Source: the human T2T-CHM13v2.0 reference genome, Homo sapiens. Taken from it: DNA of 64,000 nucleotides. Of this stretch, positions 54,723-64,000 are shown piece by piece (within the stretch, counting starts at the first letter, position 1; the number at the start of each line of letters is the position of its first letter). Made by a program: the position numbers and the translations under genes. The notes beneath the pieces were generated by a model that searched no databases, was not told the DNA's origin, and worked only from the letters and a program-made list of their open reading frames with translations. The stretch lies in assembly GCF_009914755.1 (NCBI RefSeq), contig NC_060928.1; one strand, given 5' to 3'.

Positions 54723-55559
54723 TGTATAATTTTTGAGTGCATAGAATTCTTTCACAATTATGATTATTATGTAGAATTATAATGAAGTAACGGTTTATAG
54801 TGAAGAGTAGAAATATTTTGATTTGGGAGATTTCATAGCTTTTGATCCAGGACAATATCTGCCTATGAAGTCAGCATTGCTGAATATAATGACAACAAGA
54901 TTATAAACAGAATGATTTCATCAACCAGTTGACAACCAATTAATACCCAAAGAAAAAAATAGCCACTTGAATAAAGGATAAGTCTTCCATTATTGGAGAG
55001 TCAATTTGGTTGAATGAGATGCTAGCCAATACCTATTATACATGGTTTTGTATTCATTAGCCACTATTCCTAGCCTACACTGATAGTCAGATATCTGAAG
55101 GCACTGAAAAAAGTATGTAAAGCTTTGCAATAGGCAGAAGTCAGTTTATAAGCACTTTTAATACATGTTGATGCCAGATAGCTTATTGTTTCATTAGTAC
55201 CAGACACATTATTTTAAAGACAAATGCCTCTTTACCTTATAATATTTAGAAGTATATGCACATTTAAGCTCAGAGACAATTTTAGACTCAGTTTAAAAAG
55301 ATTATTTTAGATTGACCCAAAAGATTTTATTATTATTTTAAAATTCAGGTGTCAAAAATTTTTAATAGGAAGCTAGTTCAGTCTCAACCCTCAAATAAAA
55401 ATGTAACTAAGTAAATAAATAAAAGATTTGATACTTATTTTCTATTTCAGTAGAGACAGAACTTAAAGCATGGTGTGAACAAAAGATCACTTTCTTTAAA
55501 TGCATAATGTTATTAGCAATGAGCAGTTAATAATGAATAAAACACAAGAACACCCTCTT

Positions 55560-55752
55560 TATTCTCCTGTGCAGTGGCTGTTCCATGTGTCTAAATGACA
55601 GATATCTATATTTAGATACCTTAATGAACTGTTCTTTCTTTTCTTAAAGTCTTTTTATTCATGTCACCTTCTCACTGAGTGCTTTAGTGATCAAACATTA
55701 CCAAACCCTCTTTCTAGTTCTAACTCCATAGCATTTGTCACCATCAGATATA
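55560..55752 (+). mobile_element. L2 fragment (continues at 62275-62432)
   Basis: atgtcaccttctca...ctccatagcatttgtcaccatc is L2 3' text. Confidence 0.55.
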
Positions 55753-55756
55753 CACA

Positions 55757-56320
55757 GTTTTATTAAAAATAATTATTTTGGAATTATTTGAGTTTACAGA
55801 AAAGTTGCAAAAATAGTAATGATTTCAATCAGTTAGCCTTACTATTGGCACCTTTCATAGCAAGAATCCCTCGGTCAAAACTAAGAAATTAACTTTGGTT
55901 ACACTACTATTAGCTCAACTACAAACTTTATTCAGATTTTTCCAGTTGTCTATTAATAGCCTTTTTTAATTTCAGTACCCAATCTAAGATACTGTGACAC
56001 TTTTAGATACCACATCTCTCTTTGGTATCTACCATCTATGTTAGTTTCTTAGTTTTGCTTTTCATGACCTTGAACCTTTGGAAGAGATTTTATAGGATAT
56101 GCTGTAGAATACTCTTCAATTTGAGGCTGTCTGAAGTTTTCTTGTGAATACACTAGGGTTATGAATTTAGGTAAATAATATTATAGGGGTGAAGGACGCT
56201 GTTCATGACATTATAACTAGGATTCATGATGTGAATATGACTTACCACTGATGACGTTAACCTTAAACATGTGGTGTATGTTGTTTCTCACACCATTCTT
56301 CACTGAAATGTCATTATTAT
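55757..56320 (-). mobile_element. L1MC/L1MD-type 3'UTR (left part)
   Basis: ttattttggaattattt.agtttacagaaaagttgcaaaaatagta...actaagaaattaac...ctttattcagattt...ttcatgaccttga...caatttgag. Confidence 0.8.
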
Positions 56321-56540
56321 TTTTTCTTTTTTTAAAATTATATTTTAAGTTGTAGTGTACTTGTGCACAACATGCAGGTTGGTTACATAGGTATACATGT
56401 GCCATGTTGGTTTACTGCACCCATCAACTCATCATTTACATTAGGTATTTCTCCTAATGCTATCCCTCTCCCAGCCCTCCACCCCCAGACAGGCCCCAGT
56501 GTGTGATGTTCCCTGCCCTGTTTCCAAGTGTTCTCATTGT

Positions 56541-61532
<4,992 letters not shown>

Positions 61533-61589
61533 TATGATGCTAGCTGGTTATTTTGCCTGTTAATTGATACTTCACAGCATCGATGGTCT

Positions 61590-61814
61590 TTACAATTTGA
61601 CATGTTTTTGCAGTGGCTGGTACCAGTTGTTCCTTTCCATGTTTAGTGCTCCCTTCAGGAGCTCTTGTAAGGCAGGCCTGGTGGTAACAAAATCTCTCAG
61701 CATTTGCTTGTCTCTAAAGGATTTTATTTCTCCTTCACTTATGAAGCCTAGTTTGGCTGGGTATGGAATTCTGGATTGAAAATTCCTTTCTTTAAGAATG
61801 TTGAATATTGGCCC
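61590..61814 (-). pseudogene. L1 ORF1 C-terminal remnant
   Basis: The reverse complement ends cagccactgcaaaaacatgtcaaattgtaa, the L1PA ORF1 end; sequence upstream of 61814 is missing. Confidence 0.85.
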
Positions 61815-62270
61815 TATTTACTTTTCCACATTGTATTCAAATTTCTACATCCAGCCCATGCTCTAAGAAATAGAAATTAATCTTCATATAATGAAGTGTA
61901 GATATCTGTCTGTAGATTTGAGAATTCTTCTGTAAAGAAAAAATATCTCTTCTCTTCCATGTATTTATTTATTTAAACATTTATTTATATCAGTAGGGAC
62001 AGGAGCATTATTATATATTTTGGGATATAGTACACTACTACAATTATTATTGTTTTAGTCAAACTGTTCTCCCTTTGGAGTTCTTACAAGATGGCCCCTT
62101 TGACATGCTGCCATCTGTTTAAGGGTTTTGTTTTGTTTGTGCTTGCTGGTTTGGTTAGCACTCCCTTACATTCTGGCAGTTCAAGCCCTTAACAGGCCCA
62201 TCCTGGATTTTCCCTATCCCAGTTCTAGATTCAGCCATTTATCCAAGGAGGCTGTTTCTTTATATAACTT
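61815..62270 (-). mobile_element. L1MC/L1MD-type 3'UTR (right part, continuing 55757-56320)
   Basis: gaattcttctgtaaaga...catttatttatatcagta...ttgacatg...agcactcccttacattctggca...tcagccatttatccaaggag. Confidence 0.75.
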
Positions 62271-62274
62271 GCTG

Positions 62275-62432
62275 TTTTACTTGTATATTTTCTATATGCT
62301 AACACTGAAATGTAAATTTAATGTAATTAAAATTTCTGTTTGTTTGATTACCTGCCACACCCTCAGTGGTCAACACAATGCCTGTTGCATAGTTAGCCTT
62401 CAGTAATAATGTAAACAAGTGAATGAATAAAA
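62275..62432 (+). mobile_element. L2 3' end
   Basis: gaaatgtaaatt...acacaatgcctgttgcatagt...gtgaatgaataa tail. Confidence 0.6.
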
Positions 62433-63809
62433 AGAAAACTAAGTCTCCCTATGCTTACTTCTCATAACCAAAATGTTAAAATTCTTTTTATTATTTTTTC
62501 CTCAAAAACTTCCCTTAAAAAATGACCATAAAATATAGGTTATCCTGAAATTAATTTCCTCATAGGTTTTTTTATAATTATTATGTTTTTCTAAAAATGT
62601 AACTATAGCTAAGATGACCCCTGGTATATTTTTAGATAAGTGTTCTTCCTCCTGCTAGTTTCATCTCATCATCATTATTCTCATCACCATCATCGTCATG
62701 ACCACTATTTTCTGATAGAACCTTAAAGATTACCAAAGCAGCAGTGGAATTTTACTCAGGCTTACAAAAATGAGCTTAACAAAAGCTTTCTAAATAATTC
62801 TCCATGCCTAATATGACATGATACTTTCTTGTTCTGTCTACCATAATTTTTATTGCTTTGATAAAATAAAAGAGAATAAAAAGAAGTCATTACTGAATAC
62901 CTGTTTAAGTCAAATGTCCAAACCCTTTTGTTAACTTCAAAAGAAAATAGGAGAAAAACAAAAAGAGAGAAGGAAAATAAGAAACGAAGGCAGAAAAAAA
63001 TACTTGACCTTAAATTCAATGAAAGTTAAAATAACGTATACATTAACATATTAATAAAATAACAATTTGGCAGTATGACATGGTTCTAGCCTGTTAGCCT
63101 TTTCTTCAAATGATTGGGAACTATACACATTGAAAATATGTCACGGTATCACATTTATTTTTCCCTTGCTTAGGAATGCTATAAAGTCCTAACTGAATGT
63201 CTTTCAAAGTCATATCAGCCAATGAACTTTAATCTTTTTAATTATGCAACACTAAGTTTACTGTCAGAAGCAGATATAAAAAATAACTGTAAAAATTGAG
63301 AAGTCACTAAAATGAAAAGCTTATTTATCAGTGCAATTTTGTTACTCCAGCACAAATTTCCTGATTGTATCAGATGCTGTCATGCCTCAGAGGTGTTTGT
63401 TTTTAATGGTAGAGATGATATATTTGGTTGAAATTTATAAAAAGAGATAAATTACCATACCAGAAAATGCTGATTCCAAAATTGCTTTTCAATCACAATT
63501 TTCACACTCTGTACATAATCTCAGTGTGTTATAGGCCCTTAGTCATTTGTGGCTTGATTTCTTCCAGTAAATATTTGCATTGCTCATAAAATACATGAAT
63601 TTTGTCAATATTTTGGACTCAGGTGGTGCTTTGTGTTAATAAATGATTGACTAACACTAAGAGAATTGGAACTGTTTATAAAAGGTAGCTGGAATTTTTA
63701 AAATTTGGAATCATCCTACAAAAGGTAGAATTTATTTTTCACTTCCTGATTTGAAAATGGCTTAATCTCTTCCTAGCAAAATGCATTGAGTCAAAACTGA
63801 GGAGAGACT

Positions 63810-63812
<3 letters not shown>

Positions 63813-63852
<40 letters not shown>
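63813..63852. repeat. (TA)20 microsatellite
   Basis: Directly visible and uninterrupted. Confidence 0.98.
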
Positions 63853-63853
<1 letters not shown>

Positions 63854-64000
63854 CTGTCTCCTCTAAATAAGAATTATTGATGTTGTTTCCTAGGAAAGCT
63901 GTTGTCCACCTGCCCCCTTACCCTGCCAGATTAACTTTAACAGGATATGAACTGAATTGATTACATCATTTCACAAATGACACGTCAGTGACTGATAGAG

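Overview
This is an AT-rich primate genomic window. AluY/AluS/AluJ, L1PA, MER11, THE1 and MER52 elements point to a simian, most likely human or ape, genome. I found no host protein-coding gene, RNA gene, CpG island or CRISPR array. Apart from the decayed L1 ORFs and a Tigger2 transposase remnant, the ORFs in the track look like chance frames. The window is an intergenic or deep-intronic mosaic of interspersed repeats: 7 dimeric Alus plus a FAM monomer, many MIR and L2 fragments, old L1M/HAL1 pieces, and a 5'-truncated L1PA at 56.3-61.8 kb that carries a MER11 solo LTR. It also holds solo LTRs (MLT2, MLT1, LTR28-like, MER52A, LTR33, THE1A), DNA transposons (MER1B, Tigger2, MER58, Tigger3a) and microsatellites. 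I cannot support a claim of a new biological system. The most unexplained signals lie in apparently unique sequence: two pairs of diverged ~120-150 bp direct repeats spaced ~2 kb apart (21.6/23.6 kb and 32.1/34.3 kb), an 18-bp-arm hairpin with a TTAA-CCCT...AGGG-TTAA core at 13.55 kb, a G4/AP-1-forming triplication inside MER52A, and a few candidate micro-exons. Subfamily names come from recalled consensus sequences, not a RepeatMasker run, and the boundaries of old repeats are approximate.
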